A stretch of DNA of 63,778 nt, filler included, from Reticulomyxa filosa (lineage: Eukaryota > Protista > Foraminifera), in assembly GCA_000512085.1 (NCBI GenBank). It is 19 parts of 19 records of this genome, joined end to end, with 100 filler letters (N's around TTAATTAATTAA, not from the genome) between each part and the next. Parts side by side here need not be neighbours in the genome. Positions count along the whole stretch, not along the records: positions 1 to 1,922 come from ASPP01022597.1; positions 2,023 to 8,474 come from ASPP01004890.1; positions 8,575 to 13,071 come from ASPP01010209.1; positions 13,172 to 15,330 come from ASPP01021543.1; 15 more parts are not named here. One strand, 5' to 3'. Below, piece by piece: positions 1-13,675 of the stretch. The notes under the pieces are model-generated. The model made no database searches. It had not been told where the DNA came from and saw only the letters and a program-made list of their open reading frames with translations. Every line of letters starts with the position of its first letter. Position 1 is the first letter of the stretch. A program made the translations under genes and the position numbers.

Positions 1-71
1 AAAAAAAAAAAAAAAAATTGGGATACCAAGTAGTGACTTGAACGAACGAGACAAGAACCCTAAAAAAAACT

Positions 72-434
72 TTGAAAAACGTGGAAATGAGTAGTGACGA
101 TGAACTGTCAATTGAAACGGATCCAGAAGAACCACGTGTGAAAACCAATGGCAACGACGATACGAAGGACTATGACATCCAAGTGAAAAGCGGCAAAAAG
201 GTAATCTATCAAAACGAAGAAATCGACTACAGCGAAATCTTTCAAGTCATGCTGACTCCAGAAAATATTCAAGATATTGCTCAAGATATGCAAGAAATTG
301 TCACATGCTTTCAAAGCCAATTGCAAGAAGTTCGGTACGACAATCCCCTGCAATCCAAATTTGCGGGAGCCAAAGATATCACTTGCAAAGTTGTTTCTAC
401 TTGTCCCGGCACTGAAAATTCAACGACTACTAAC

Positions 435-478
<44 letters not shown>

Positions 479-1677
479 TGAACATATTAATGGGCCATCG
501 GCGACAGGTCGAATGCGATATCGTCCAAATCGCTTGGGCTATGAGGGATACCGGCCATTTTCTCAAATCATTGGTGGAGAGAGTAACTATCAGGAATTTC
601 AAAAGCGATTGAAACTCATGCGCAGACGCTTTTCCAAAAATGTTTTGGATTTGTTTGTCGACAGTTGGAATAAAGATATGGCTGATGCTTTGGATCAAAA
701 GCGATTATTCGTTGTTGGTTTAGTATTTTTTTTTTTTTTTTTGAACTTTATATGTCTTTGCAAGTGTCCATTGTATATTTATATGTATATGCATATATGA
801 TACCCCCCTTTTCATTCAAAAAATATATGAAATCAAAGGATCCCTTTGCTGTTTGGACCTCCAGCCAGGACATGTGTATAGCCCTTCTTGGCTTAGCAAT
901 AGCGAAGAAGGTGAAAAGGCTGTCAATCACTTGCAAATTAAAGTGGACGAGCCAAGTACAAACAGTAATAACAACAATGGATATTGCAATTATACGATTG
1001 AAAGCATTGCAAAATCAAATCGCATAACGCTAATGAAAGCAAGTGAAGCAAGTGAAGCAATGGCAGCGATGACGTCGTTGTGCGCAAATGAAAAGCAGGA
1101 ACAGTTACAACAGTCGTTGTCCATCTCAATTACAACTGCAGAGCTACCGCAACAATCTCAAATCATCAATCCAAAGTCAACATTGAAAACATCCGACATT
1201 GAATTAGATTCAGAGCCCCTATTGCAATCTCAATCACAATCACAATCACAATCACAATCACAATTACAATCACAGTCACAGTCACAGTCACAATCACAGC
1301 CACAATCACAATCACAATTAAAGTTCAATTCGGATCTTACATCATCACCCGTGATAACAAATATATCACCATCGAACGAACAACGGACAAAAGAGACGAC
1401 ACACGATGTAAATGCGAGCAGCAATGCAAATGTCAAAGACTTGTCTGCCGAGATATCGACAGTGGAAGAGACAAAGCCACAGCCACAGTCACAAACGAGA
1501 GAGAAGGATTTGAACAGTCACGACCAAACGTGTGCAAAGCCAGAGCAGTGTGAATGCAGCAATAACTTGGATCACAACCAACAGACCAATGGAGAAAAAG
1601 GAGAAGATACTTCTTCGCCCTTGTCCATGCCTAATCAAGACATGTTACAATTGAGAAATATCGGATCCATGGATTCC

Positions 1678-1710
<33 letters not shown>

Positions 1711-1870
1711 GCAAGGACGAATAAAAAAACGAGTCATTCCAAAAAAAAATCGCATAAGCCAAAGCCGGGTATTTTTTTGGGAGGGGCTCGCACTCGTAAT
1801 GCCACGCATCACGAATTACCCGTGTCTCTACCATCTACTGTCTTTAAAGACTCACATCCTACTGACACAG
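72..1870 (+). CDS. Hypothetical low-complexity protein, partial; intron 718-838
   Basis: ORFs 72-800 and 853-1922 join in frame through a GT..AAG intron (RLFVVG|SLCCLDLQPGH). Contains poly-N, QS and poly-T tracts. No recognised domain. Confidence 0.6.
1224..1320 (+). repeat. Coding hexamer repeat (CAATCA/CAGTCA)n encoding QS repeats
   Basis: Direct tandem repeat visible in the sequence. Confidence 0.9.
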
Positions 1871-1878
1871 TTTTGCTG

Positions 1879-1915
<37 letters not shown>

Positions 1916-1922
1916 CTCTTTT

Positions 1923-2022
1923 NNNNNNNNNNNNNNNNNNNNNNNNNNNNNNNNNNNNNNNNNNNNTTAATTAATTAANNNNNNNNNNNNNNNNNNNNNN
2001 NNNNNNNNNNNNNNNNNNNNNN
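1923..2022. other. Artificial contig spacer N44-TTAATTAATTAA-N44 (first of 18)
   Basis: The identical 100-nt spacer, with stops in all six frames, also occurs at 8475-8574, 13072-13171, 15331-15430, 20998-21097, 27609-27708, 32887-32986, 34402-34501, 38334-38433, 42456-42555, 48334-48433, 50173-50272, 51716-51815, 54447-54546, 55653-55752, 58315-58414, 60903-61002 and 62502-62601. Confidence 0.99.
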
Positions 2023-2063
<41 letters not shown>

Positions 2064-2121
2064 TGTTATTATAATTATAATAAACATATACACAAATATA
2101 AAAACAAACACGTTCAAACAG

Positions 2122-4830
2122 TTATATACATTGACGCATGAGGGATTTATCTACAAATGGATCTGTGGTGCATCAGACGAAGATAATAAGAAATATGGAA
2201 TGCATAGCGACAATCCAGAGAGCTTGAAATTGCCGTTGCTAATGTACAGTCGATATACAACAGGCGGAAGATATCGCCTGCATGTGAAAGGGGCCGCGGA
2301 GGATCACATGATAAGCTGCGCGTCGTTTCATCAAACCTACCGTTTGAAACCGGTGATGAACGCCAAAACAACGGATAGTAAGGACCCCTCGAAGTTGGAA
2401 GTGGTAAACTATGAAATGAAAAATGAAACGAGTGTTTTCACAAATGATTTGCTGTGTGTCGGAAAAGTCAACGGAGTCATGGATTTGTACTCCATGCCGT
2501 CGTTTGAATTGATTCATTCCATCAGCGTCAGCAAAGGGAGTCACCACAGTATCTCCGCTCTCACTACGTGCACCATCTCTCCCACAGGTGATTGGGTCGC
2601 CTTTGGAAATGAAAGAATGGGACAGCTGAGGTATAGTATCTGTATAGATATATTAGCCATGCAATAATAAAAAAAGAAAGATTTTGAACAAACATTATAA
2701 AAATGAAATATTTATGTGACTAATAAAAAGTGTATGGGAATGGCGAAGTGAAACATTTGTGTTGAAACAACAAGGACATTACTTCAATTGCAATTGCATC
2801 GCGTTTAGCAATGATGGACAACTGCTAGCAACTGGAGGGATGGACGGGAAGTTAAAACTGTGGAATTGTATGAATGGGTTTTGCTTCATAACGTTCCACG
2901 ACCACACCGCTCCGATCACGAAAGTACGATTCGCGAGTAACAATGCGACAGTGGTTGTGACAGCGTCGTTGGACGGAACAGTGAGAGCGTATGACTTGAT
3001 TCGCTATGTCAACTTCCGCACTTTGAAACCTCCCAGTCGTGAAACCCTTTTGAAAATGGACGGGCTCGACGTCGGCTCCAGCGACAAGCGCATCGACGAA
3101 AGCGTGGCCATCCCACACATCAATGCCCGCTTCATTTCACTGGCAATCGACCCCACCGCCGAAATCGTGTGTGCGGGTAGCGAAGACCCTTTTGACATTT
3201 ACGTCTGGTCCTTGCGAACGGGCAAAGTGTTAGACGTTTTGAGTGGACATGAGGGCCCAGTGTCTTGTCTTAGTTTTTCCGCCCAAGTTTTGTAAAGATT
3301 TTATTGAGAAGAGATTGATTGATTGATTGATTGATTAATTTAAAAAAAAAAAAAATGAATATTAAAATGAATAGAATCAACTTGCCAGTGGAAGTTGGGA
3401 CAAAACTGTTCGTATATGGGATATTTACAATCACAAAGCCTCGACTGAAGTGATAAACACACTGTGCAATAGTGAGGTATTGGACATTAGCCACTCTCCC
3501 AGTGGCGGTATTCTGGCAGTATGCACATTGAGTGGACACTTGGAGTTTTATGACTGCGTGGATGGGGAGATTGTCCATTCAATGGATATTCGAAAAGACT
3601 GCATGGGTGGCTCCAAAGTCTCCGACTTGTCCGGAGAGACAAAAAATAGCCAAATCAATCATTACACATCCATTGCATTTTCTCCCGATGGCGTATGCTT
3701 GCTTGCGGCAGGGAAAGGAACTAGATATATAGGCTTGTATTACTTAGGCCCGCAAATCAACTCCAATGCCACTGCAACAGCCGAAATTCATATCAATGGA
3801 TTGCTACTTTCGCGGTTCAAAACAACCTCGAATCGTGATATGGACGGAGTCATTGAAAATATCAATCGTGAGAAGGCGATAAAAGGAGCCCACAATTTGG
3901 GATTGCCCAGTACAAATTCCATCTTCACCTTGGACGAACAGGAGAAAAATCGAGATTTGATCAAATTGAAACGCAAGCGATTGCCGGGAGTGGAGTTTAC
4001 GGATCAAAGCACTCGATTCGAGAGATTGGTTGCAGGGACGAATGAAGTGGCCTTTTCGCCTAATGGTGTGTCTTGGTGTGCTGTGACAACTGATGGGATC
4101 ATGATCTTTTCCAATGGCATGTATGAAAGCAATGTAAACATGCTATTCGATCCTGTAGATTTGGATGTTACCATTACGCCTCAAAGCATTATCGCTGCAC
4201 TTAAAAAAATTGTAAATGAAGATAAGGATGAGAGTAGTGACGACGATGGCAATAACAACAATAACAATAACAATGACAATAACAAAAAAAGAGGTCAAAC
4301 ACAAAAAGCATTCCACAAGCAAAAGAAAGTTTTTTGAAAGTGTTGATTATGGCACTCAAATTGAATCAATGGGATTTAATTGTCTTGGTAATGACAAGTA
4401 TACCCTTGGATCATATCTCTTTGACATTACAATTTTTACCGGTTCGATATTTGGAAAAAATACTCAATGTTTGCGCTGTTGAAATTGTGAAAACACAATA
4501 TTTGCAGTTTTTCTTGCAATGGATCCATTCAATTTTCTCCTTGCATGGCCCTCATATCAAAACACATTGCTTAACTACCTACTCACCCGTTTTGCGATTG
4601 CTACAAAAAAATTTAAATTATTACTACAAAAACTTAAAACCTATTTGCGATGGAAACAACAGTCGCTTGGAGTTTTTATCCTCTTTTGCCGAATCCTTCA
4701 ATGGCGTTAAACGCAAAAAATTGATATTGATATTATTGAAACCAAACGTACTGCTGTTGTTCCGGCAGGCAAATTTGAGCCCATTCCTTTTGAGGATATC
4801 GATGCTGATCCCTTTGCAAAATTTCGATGA
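2122..4830 (+). CDS. PWP2: Periodic tryptophan protein 2 (PWP2/UTP1), SSU processome WD40 protein, 5'-partial; introns 2631-2730 and 3287-3374
   Basis: Spliced product gives the PWP2 signatures GQLSVWEWRSETFVLKQQGH, TASLDGTVRAYDLIRYVNFRT, LSGHEGPVSCL, ASGSWDKTVRIWD and FDPVDLDVTITP, then a Utp12-like C-terminus (LIMALKLN...QFFLQWIHSIFSLHG). Apparent 1-nt frameshifts at A-runs near 4285 and 4715. Confidence 0.93.
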
Positions 4831-5546
4831 AATTATTGTTATTATTATTTTTTTTTATTTTTTTTTAAAATTGAGTTTATTGGTATTAAATCTACCTGTG
4901 CAAAAATTTTCTTTCAAATATATTTTCTAATCACTGAATTATAACCCTCTCACTTTTTTAAATTATACCAAAAAAGAGGGTAATAGTTTAGAATTTTGCA
5001 GCAACAAAAAATCTTCAACAATGTTTCTTTTGCAATCTCAATAATTTTTTCCTGAAAAAAAAATGGTAATTTTTTCGTCATTAAATAGCATTCGTGTGCA
5101 TATAATATCATCAAACTAGGTGGCGGAAAATCATGTTATGTCAATATAAGTTGTTATTGCTTATACAATTATATTAAAATTCATTACGAACATTAAACCA
5201 TTGACAAATTAAAGCAAAAAATACTAAATGTATTTGACAAATATTTATAATAAAGCTTTTGATAATTCGAAAAAGTGCTGTGTATACTAAATTACTAAAA
5301 CATCCAATTTAAATAAACAATTCACAGTATAATTCGATTCATCCAATGAAACAATCGTTTCTTCATTGTGCTCTCTTTGTTACAAAATCGTGTACTTACC
5401 TAAAATCCTTTCAAGGTTAAAAAGCAAACAAACAAAAAAGGCTTTTTGAGTACCAGTGAAACAGACGTTTCAGGGGCAACCCACGTTTTTTTAATTTTTA
5501 TAAAAAAACATCCAAATATTATTTTTGGTCATTTTGAGAATATAAA

Positions 5547-6799
5547 ATGCCGAAACAAGGTGGTGCGAAAAAAAAAGCAAAAGAAGAAGCGAAGCAAAAA
5601 AAAGTAGCAGAAAAAAAGAATAGACCAAAAATTGATCCAACATTTGGACTGAAAAATAAGAAAGGGAAAAAAAATCGAGAGTTTGTGCAAAACAGTGTTC
5701 ACAACATGACGGCAGATGAGAAACGAAGACAGCAAGAACGACAAGTTAGGACGTGTTTGGTGTCGTTTTTTTTTTTAAACCAAAAGTCATTCAACGTTAA
5801 TAGCGTGTGAATCTCTGCGAATTGTGTATCTTTGTCCATTCGAAAATGCGTTGTTGTTTTTTTTTTGGTCATTTTAATTTTTTCAAAAAAAAACAAAGAA
5901 AAAAAAAGAAGCAAAAGAATTGCAAGACGAAGCAGAATATGCATTGGAGGATTTGTTTCGAACAGTTGATGGTGGTAGCTTGGCACCATCAAGTTATATA
6001 TCTCAACGAAATAAGAGGAAAAAATTTTGTCTAGCTCTTTTTCTTCTTGCCACAAATAATCTGGTATCTCTCACGAAAATGTGCTGACATAACCAAAAGG
6101 CAAGTCACAACGCAAGCCCAAAAAAGATAAAGAGCAGGAAGCAGATCAAAAAGATGAAAAAGAAGAAAAACCATTAACCCTAGAATCTATTGACCCTTAC
6201 AGTGATGACTTCGAGGAATTATTGGATAAGCTAGTTCAAAAAAAAAAAACAAAACAAAACAAAAACAAACAAGAAAATGAAGAAAATAAAAATAAAATAA
6301 AAAAAATAATTACAAAAATATATCATGATTATATGGAAACTTGTACGCTATGTAGAGAGAGACATTAAGCAATCGCACTGATTTGACACCATGCACAAAA
6401 GAGAATTTTCAAAAGTGGTACACTGCTTGGACCGAGGAAAGAGAAAGAGAACGCGAAATAAAAACTCGCAAGAAATTACAGAAACTAGGAAAAAAAGGCT
6501 TGACAGGTCGGGAGTTATTTTCAATTGATCCCAACTCATTCAAAGACGATGAAGAAGCTGAAATTGAATATATATTTGAAAAAGAAGAGGAAAAAAAATT
6601 ACGAGAACAACAAGAACAGCAACCTTCATTGGACAAAATCAATGAAGAAGGGACTTTGGACAATAAACATGAAAGTAAGATATCCGAAACTGAAGCAGAT
6701 ACAAACGATTCAGCCAACAAAGATCAAGAACCAGCACAAAACGGAGAAGAACCTCAAGTCAAAGTGGATGAAGAGTTGTTCATGGAAGACATCAATTAA
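5547..6799 (+). CDS. TMA46: TMA46/ZC3H15 (DFRP1)-like DRG GTPase partner lacking CCCH fingers; exons 5547-5744, 5899-5992, 6100-6233, 6356-6799
   Basis: N-terminal motif DPTFGLKNKKGKK and C-terminal DFRP motif LTPCTKENFQKW...GLTGRELFSIDPNSFKDDEEA. All three introns are GT-AG and preserve phase. Confidence 0.8.
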
Positions 6800-7409
6800 T
6801 ATGAGGTTTTTCCTAATTTCACTCACAATTTTACAATCACTTAATACCTTACAACTATTCGTTCTTCTTGCTCTCCCTTCTTCAAATTCTTTTGACTTAC
6901 GTAGTTACTCTTCTGTCTTAACCCGATATCAATTGCAAAAAAAAAATTTCCTATGTTTTCGATCGTTGGCATAATCACATCTCATTTTTTCTTCTTTTGC
7001 AGCTTTGAATAATTTGTGACCTCTGATAAATTATTACTCACGTCCAGTGCTCCGAATCGAAGAAGCAATAAGTAAAATAATCTTTTATTAAAGTGACAGT
7101 TTCATTTGAAGTCTTTTTAATTTTTGGTAAAAAAAAAACATTATCACATCCAAACTCTTAGCATAGCCACAACAAAAATTTCTCAGAATAAACACACAAC
7201 CGAAAAAAACGCATAACGTTAAGTTCGGTTATTTGAATTCATGTTCTGTCAAAAGCTAGTAAGTGTTGAAACTAAAAGAAAATACATTGTCAACTCGGCC
7301 AAATTTTTGTTCACTTTGATGAACAATATTCCGAGCATCAACACATTCATAACAAGAACAGTTTTTATTTCCTTGTCTTATTTCAGAGTGTTGAGGGGTT
7401 CACAATTGA

Positions 7410-8294
7410 TTATGGTGTCTGTATATCAGCACTTCTTGTTGATGTTAGATTATCATTTTGTTCGACATTGACTCATAAAATAAATAAATCAAATCACTGA
7501 CGACCGGCGAAAAAAAGAAACATTGTCAATGTAGCTTTATGATGTTATTACCTGTTCAATACACATACACACAAAAATGTTTTGCGGTAATATCCTCAAG
7601 TCTTTTGTCCACGCCCCAGAAAAAAAACTTGACATACAAAAATGATCCTTTATATGAATAATGTTATTTTTTCTCAAGCGAAAGTGTTTGAGGAGCGCTA
7701 TTAGGACTTTGTATAGCAGTAGTAGATGTTGTCTTTTGTTTGTCCAACACAGCAGGAGGCCAAATGCTATGTTTTTCTCCAAATCGATCAGTAGCAAATT
7801 CAAGGGGAATGATATCATCATAACTCATATTCCAAAACTTGCTAGCGCGAACATAGTCGACCATATCTGAACCAAACTTTTGTTGTTCCCTTTGTAGTTA
7901 TTATACGTCACAACAAGATGAAACTGAGTGTTTACAGATTGCATGGACACGTACTATGTAGGGGGGGATATAAAGAATAATAGAAACTGTTTGAAAAGAC
8001 TAAGTTCATTAATGACACCAGACAAGCCCTGTTGAATGTGATGAGAATAAACCCATTGATTGGGAATGACCAAGATGGGTCGTACATTGACGCGAATGGC
8101 AAACACGCAATCATCGACTAAGCGATCTCCAATGTATCCAACAACATTGAAGTGTTGCGACAAAAGACGCAAGTGTTTCTCCTTGAACGTCTTGCTGTCA
8201 ATGCCAGCAGGACGATGAATGACCAAGCCAAGTGGGAACTTCCAAATGTCGAATAAATACCTTTTACTTTCTTCCAAGCCTGACAGGCGTCGTC
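7410..8294 (-). CDS. HAD-superfamily phosphatase-like protein, 5'-partial, multi-exon
   Basis: GRR...RPAGIDSKTFKEKHL...VVGYIGDRLVDD resembles HAD motifs II-IV (class IIIB / PNK-phosphatase type). The 3' exon limits are approximate. Confidence 0.5.
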
Positions 8295-8435
8295 CTAATC
8301 AATGTATGAATGATTTGTGTTTGCATTAATAACCGATGATAAAAACAATAAATAATACATATATACGTATACGTATATATATATATATATATATATGTAT
8401 ACGTATATATGTATTATTTATTAATTATCAATTCC

Positions 8436-8474
<39 letters not shown>

Positions 8475-8649
8475 NNNNNNNNNNNNNNNNNNNNNNNNNN
8501 NNNNNNNNNNNNNNNNNNTTAATTAATTAANNNNNNNNNNNNNNNNNNNNNNNNNNNNNNNNNNNNNNNNNNNNGTATGTATGTATGTATGTATGTATGT
8601 ATGTATATTTGTATATCGAATGTATACGTATGTGAACAATCCTACATAG

Positions 8650-10206
8650 GCAATTTCATAGCCACCATGCTCACAAGCTATTGGGTGCTCATTCGGATTC
8701 AACCTTTGATGAACATAGAGAGCGTGGAGAGCTTAATCAAAGTGAAGCGCTTTCACAAAGATCAAGAATTGAAGCACGAGGAGGAAATAATCGAAATGTC
8801 CGCCGTCCCGGCCAGCGAAGGCAAACACAACGCCGCAGATGCATCCATTTCCATGGAAATGGCCAATGGCAATGGCCACATTGGAGACATACCGTTGTCA
8901 CCACATTTGGAAAGCCATGGCAGCAATCATAGTAATCACAGTAATTCGGAAGTACATAATCACAATGATGACCATAGTCACGGCTTTGCAAATGACTCCA
9001 ACAAGTCCAGTATCAAAATCCCTCTTTTATCAAAGTTGGAAAAAGTCGTTTCGCTTCCCTCTTCAAAAAAGACTACCGATCATCTTATTAAAGTTAGCAA
9101 ACAAGACATTTCCCTCAAAATGGTTTTGAAGCATGTCAAAGCATTTGAGGCTTTTATGGCATATTTGGCCAAAGGTATTTTTTTTGTTGTTATTGTTGTT
9201 GTTGTTTTTATCTTTATCTTTTGTATGTTAATAAAAAAAAGAATTTTCAATGGAAGTCGGATTGTCGCTCTGCGAGTTTGTGCAATTTGAAAGATATGCA
9301 GTCAGTCGATTATTGCATAGTATATATCTCCCCTCTGTTAAGTACAGCAAAGTTCTCTCTTTCTATTGCGATCTGCGGGAGACGCATCTCTCTTATTATA
9401 TTTGCGTGTATGCGTATTTGTTGTCAAAAAAAAAAAAGGAGGAGGTGATGTCCAAAGACGAGTTCACAGCTTATCTCCAATTGTACCGTCTTGTCCCATT
9501 GACCAAAGACATTCCCAGATCATATATAATTTACGGGGAAAATGCCTCAAAAAAGAACGACGAATACAGCAATGAATTGAGCAGTCAGGTCAGTGCGAGT
9601 TATGGACACATGGATCACGCCATGGACAATTTCATTTCCAAACTCAAAGACAAAATTTCCATTTCGAAAAATGACCCTCCCGTGGCATCGGGCTTGCATC
9701 TTCAGCCAAACCCCGTGTTGAACGGGACAAAGAGGCTGTCCAGTGGTGACACGAATGGCTTTTTAACTGTCGAGCCGTGTGAACACAATAGCAGTTTCAG
9801 CAACAGTCCACAGATACACGATCGCTTTTCATTGCTCTCTTCGCAAAGCGTGGATATGCGAGGGACTGCTATCACTGTTTCCGCTGAGGACATGGGCGAT
9901 GCCATTCGGGAATTGATTGAAAAAGCTCTTTCGCTATGCAATAAATATGTGACCAATAATTCGCCTTATGCAATCAACGTCTCTTATGAACAAAGAAAAG
10001 AGGTCTTGGACTGGCTGGCACAAATCAAAGATAGTGACGTTGGCCAATGGACGAAGATCGACGTATTAAAACTCGTCAGTATATTTGACATTTGCGGTAT
10101 TGAAATGTTTCGATTACTTATCAACGCATTTCGCAGGTGGAAAAACACCGAGCAGTTTTGCCAATTGTACGATATGATCTTTCTTTCTCAGTTGAATGAG
10201 AGTTGA
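8650..10206 (+). CDS. Membrane-anchored RGS-domain protein (TM-RGS), 5'-partial; intron 9175-9241 and probable intron ~9342-9438
   Basis: A hydrophobic segment precedes RGS box motifs: LKMVLKHVKAFEAFMAYLAKEFSME...EF and KYVTNNSPYAINVSYEQR...IFD..EMFRLL.NAFRRWKNT. Confidence 0.8.
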
Positions 10207-10581
10207 GCTACACTCCTTTGTCATTTTCGCAATCGCCATCACAAATTGAAACAATTGAGTTTGCTCCATCGATTAAGTAAATCGCCCACAACACAACTAT
10301 CCAAGCATAGTTGATAAGTAGAAATCATAGAATTGTGTTTTTGAAAATTTATTTGTATTTTGCAAGGGTGTTTTTGATTTTTGGTTTTTTTTCCTACTTG
10401 GTATTGTCAGCAGTAGTTTTTTAAGTATCGAGTGCTTCACAAATTTTTTCTCACGTTTTTTTTTTCCAAGAAAAACGATCAGATATATTTCTTAGTTAGA
10501 AAAAGCGCTATCGTTCGAGTATCTTTCGATAATTTTGCAAAGGGCATTAACAAAAAAAAAAGCAAGAGCAGGAAATTGGTC

Positions 10582-11944
10582 ATGTTAATATTTTTATTAT
10601 TATTAGTCAATGAGGTTGCTTTTGCGGCATCCTTTGGAGATGTGATTCGAATTGAGGCAAATGATTTGCAACCAGAAACAGCGTTTTGGGACGACGAGTT
10701 CCAAACAATATATCTGGGATCTTGGGTAAATGGAACAATATACAAAAGCACAAATTGTGACGCAAACGATATTTGTGACATATCTCCAATTTGGCACGAT
10801 TCAACTGTCTTGTCGATAAACGGATTTCGTCGTTTTGAAGACAAGTTGTACATATGTACCAACGTACCAAACTCAGTATACGCATGGCTAAATGGAAGTA
10901 CGTACTATGGCGCAGATGGAGGATTTATGGTAGTCCAAATTGATTTTGATCAATATAGCGGTGGGACAGTACTTTATCAAACACAATTGCCGGATTTTAC
11001 TGTTGACAGTTGATTTTAGGGATCGAACATGGGATGGATGCTTTGTTTTTTTGTTGCAAAAAAAGAAAAAATCAAAAAAGCACAAAATATAATAAAAAAA
11101 AAATCAAAAGGCAATGGTGGTTTGTCTACACAATCAAGTCATTTTTGCAATGACGTACAAATTGATACAAACGGCGTGGCTTATGTGACGGATAGCTTTG
11201 CCGGATGTATTTATCAAGTAACGCCACCAACTAAAGAAAATACCAATTACCAAATTCAAGTAATTGCATATAATGACGTGTGGTGGTCCAAAAAACAGTT
11301 TGGGGCAAATGGTATTGGCTTATATTCTGATAAGGAGTACTTGATAATTGGAAGCAGCTACTCAGGACAACTCTGGAAACTGAATTTATCACATCTCAGT
11401 ACTAATTATCAACAAAACTTTGGAGAACAAGTGCAAATGGAAAATGTGATGAATTTGCTATCTATTGATGGTATTCTCACTGTCAGCTCAACGGAATTAT
11501 TTGTTGTAGGTATACTTTTTGTCTTGTTTTCGTTGAAAGAGACAAAGGTTAATCACTTTGTTTTTGCGAAAAGGTTCTGGAGCAGGTGCAGTATATCAAT
11601 TTACAAGCAATAACAACTGGGTCAGCGCTAATTTAAGCTACACCTATACAAGCAAGTTTGCAACTGGAACTTCGTTGACACAAATCGGGGACGATGTCTA
11701 CGTTGTCAATGCTTACTTGCGCCAACCTCAAATTACTGAAAATCAAATTGAAAAAGTCATTTTTCCACAATGTCCAAACCAAGACAACCAAGACTCAAAC
11801 AGTGACAGTACTGACAAGTGGGTTGAAAAATACATATTTGTTATCATTTTGGGAATTATTTTGGTAGCTTTGTGGGGAGCAATTGTCACTGCTTGCGTCA
11901 TTTTTAGAAGAAGGGCTAATAAGCCTTACAATGTTTTTGAATGA
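10582..11944 (+). CDS. Type I membrane SMP-30/gluconolactonase-like beta-propeller protein; introns 11009-11110 and 11510-11573
   Basis: Signal peptide MLIFLLLLVNEVAFA. Propeller motifs LQPE, FCNDVQIDTNGVAYVTDS, GANGI and IDGI. C-terminal TM helix followed by RRR. Confidence 0.7.
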
Positions 11945-12069
11945 TTGTTCCCTATTTGTTTCTTTTTTTTTGTATTTGATTCAATGATAAGCAAATCCTT
12001 CGTAACACCTTTCAAAAAAGATTCACTATCGCAAAGAAGTAAAATGCTTTGTTTTAAGAGAAGTAGTCA

Positions 12070-13071
12070 TCAGAAGCAGAAAAAAATCACAAAATTTGCC
12101 CAGTCAAATGTGACTTTGCACTCTTTCATGCGACTACTCTTAGTACTTGATTTTGCCAATTTGCATTTGTTCCAAACTTTTCGAATATCCTTCATAATTG
12201 GCAAGACGAAGCTTGCTGTTTTGTCCTGAGGGCTAGTGGGAACCAACACAGAGTCGATGACTTCGAATTCGACGTTGAAGTACATTGGACTAATTGAACA
12301 GAAGCAAAGCACAGCAGTGTTGTTTTATATAGATGTGGAAATAAAGAAAGCACACAGAAGTACACTGACGTGTACGTCATCAAAATATTGGTTAAATCTT
12401 CGAGCAACAGCATGTCGTTGTTTTTTCCGTTCCAGTAGTTGGACATGCTTAAAGTCAGTATGTCGCATGCATTGAGGATAGCAAAGATTTGATGTCGAAT
12501 ATGGGCGAATGCATCATCGTACTTGCGAGAGAAATGTGCGGGCGAGTATAGATACTTCAAGGGCAAGACTGTGCGATGATGGGCAGATCGTTGAGACCCG
12601 AAGGATTCACAGAGAAGTTCCAATCGGAGTTCGTGCAGCTTGGGCAACGTCACGTGCGTCGCCATCCAAACGAAGCCTTCCCAGTTGGTGGTGAGCGACT
12701 GCAAGTTGTGTCCACACACTTCGAGGGGATGATTGGCCAACGAAGAATCGTCGGAGGGACTGTCGGCATAAACGTTGGGTTTATCGTCGCAAGCAGAGAT
12801 CCACGTCAAGTGTTGTATTTTCTCACAATGACGTAGAATGCTTTGCATGCGAATGTTAATAGGATGGAACAGTTCGAGATGAGCGACGTTGAAGCACAGA
12901 CAGTCGTGTTTGGTTACTTCGTGAGAGACGAATTTGCAAGACGAGTATTGTAAGAACTGTACATTGGCCATTGCCTCAAATAGTTCCAATGTCTTTGGTG
13001 CTGTGTCAATTGTGGATATGTGTATTTATATTGTTCGACGTGTGACGTCGGACTCTTGCAACAGACACACA
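12070..13071 (-). CDS. Hypothetical protein, possibly LRR-like, 5'-partial
   Basis: 265-aa ORF with coding-like codon usage and LxxLxL spacing (LPKLHELRLEL, HNLQSLTT), plus a downstream exon at ~12070-12300. Confidence 0.5.
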
Positions 13072-13220
13072 NNNNNNNNNNNNNNNNNNNNNNNNNNNNN
13101 NNNNNNNNNNNNNNNTTAATTAATTAANNNNNNNNNNNNNNNNNNNNNNNNNNNNNNNNNNNNNNNNNNNNAAAAAAAAAAAAAAAGGGGGAAAAAAAAA
13201 AAAAAAAAAAAAATGGTTAG

Positions 13221-13625
13221 GAACGCAAATCAAATTCATTGCGTGATTTTATTCATGCCGCAATAGAAATGGATGTGACCCATTTGTTGACATTATCACA
13301 ACACGACGTGGTAGGCACAGTATTGCGAATGGTACGATTACCAGAAGGGCCAACCTTTTGGTTTCGAGTGAAGGAATACTCGACCCTTTCGGATGTGATA
13401 TCACTGCGAAAGAAGCCATTGCATTATCAATTTTCATTGCAGTTTCCACCTTTGGTCGTCTTGAATGGTTTTTCTAGCGTGTCGACAACAACAACAACAA
13501 CAGCGCCAGAGCAATCTACGAATGAAGATACCACACAAAATCCAAACAAAGAAAAAAAAGAAGGTAATGATGATGATGATAATGATGAGGATGGTGATGG
13601 TGATAATGAAAATAAAAATGAAAAG

Positions 13626-13675
<50 letters not shown>

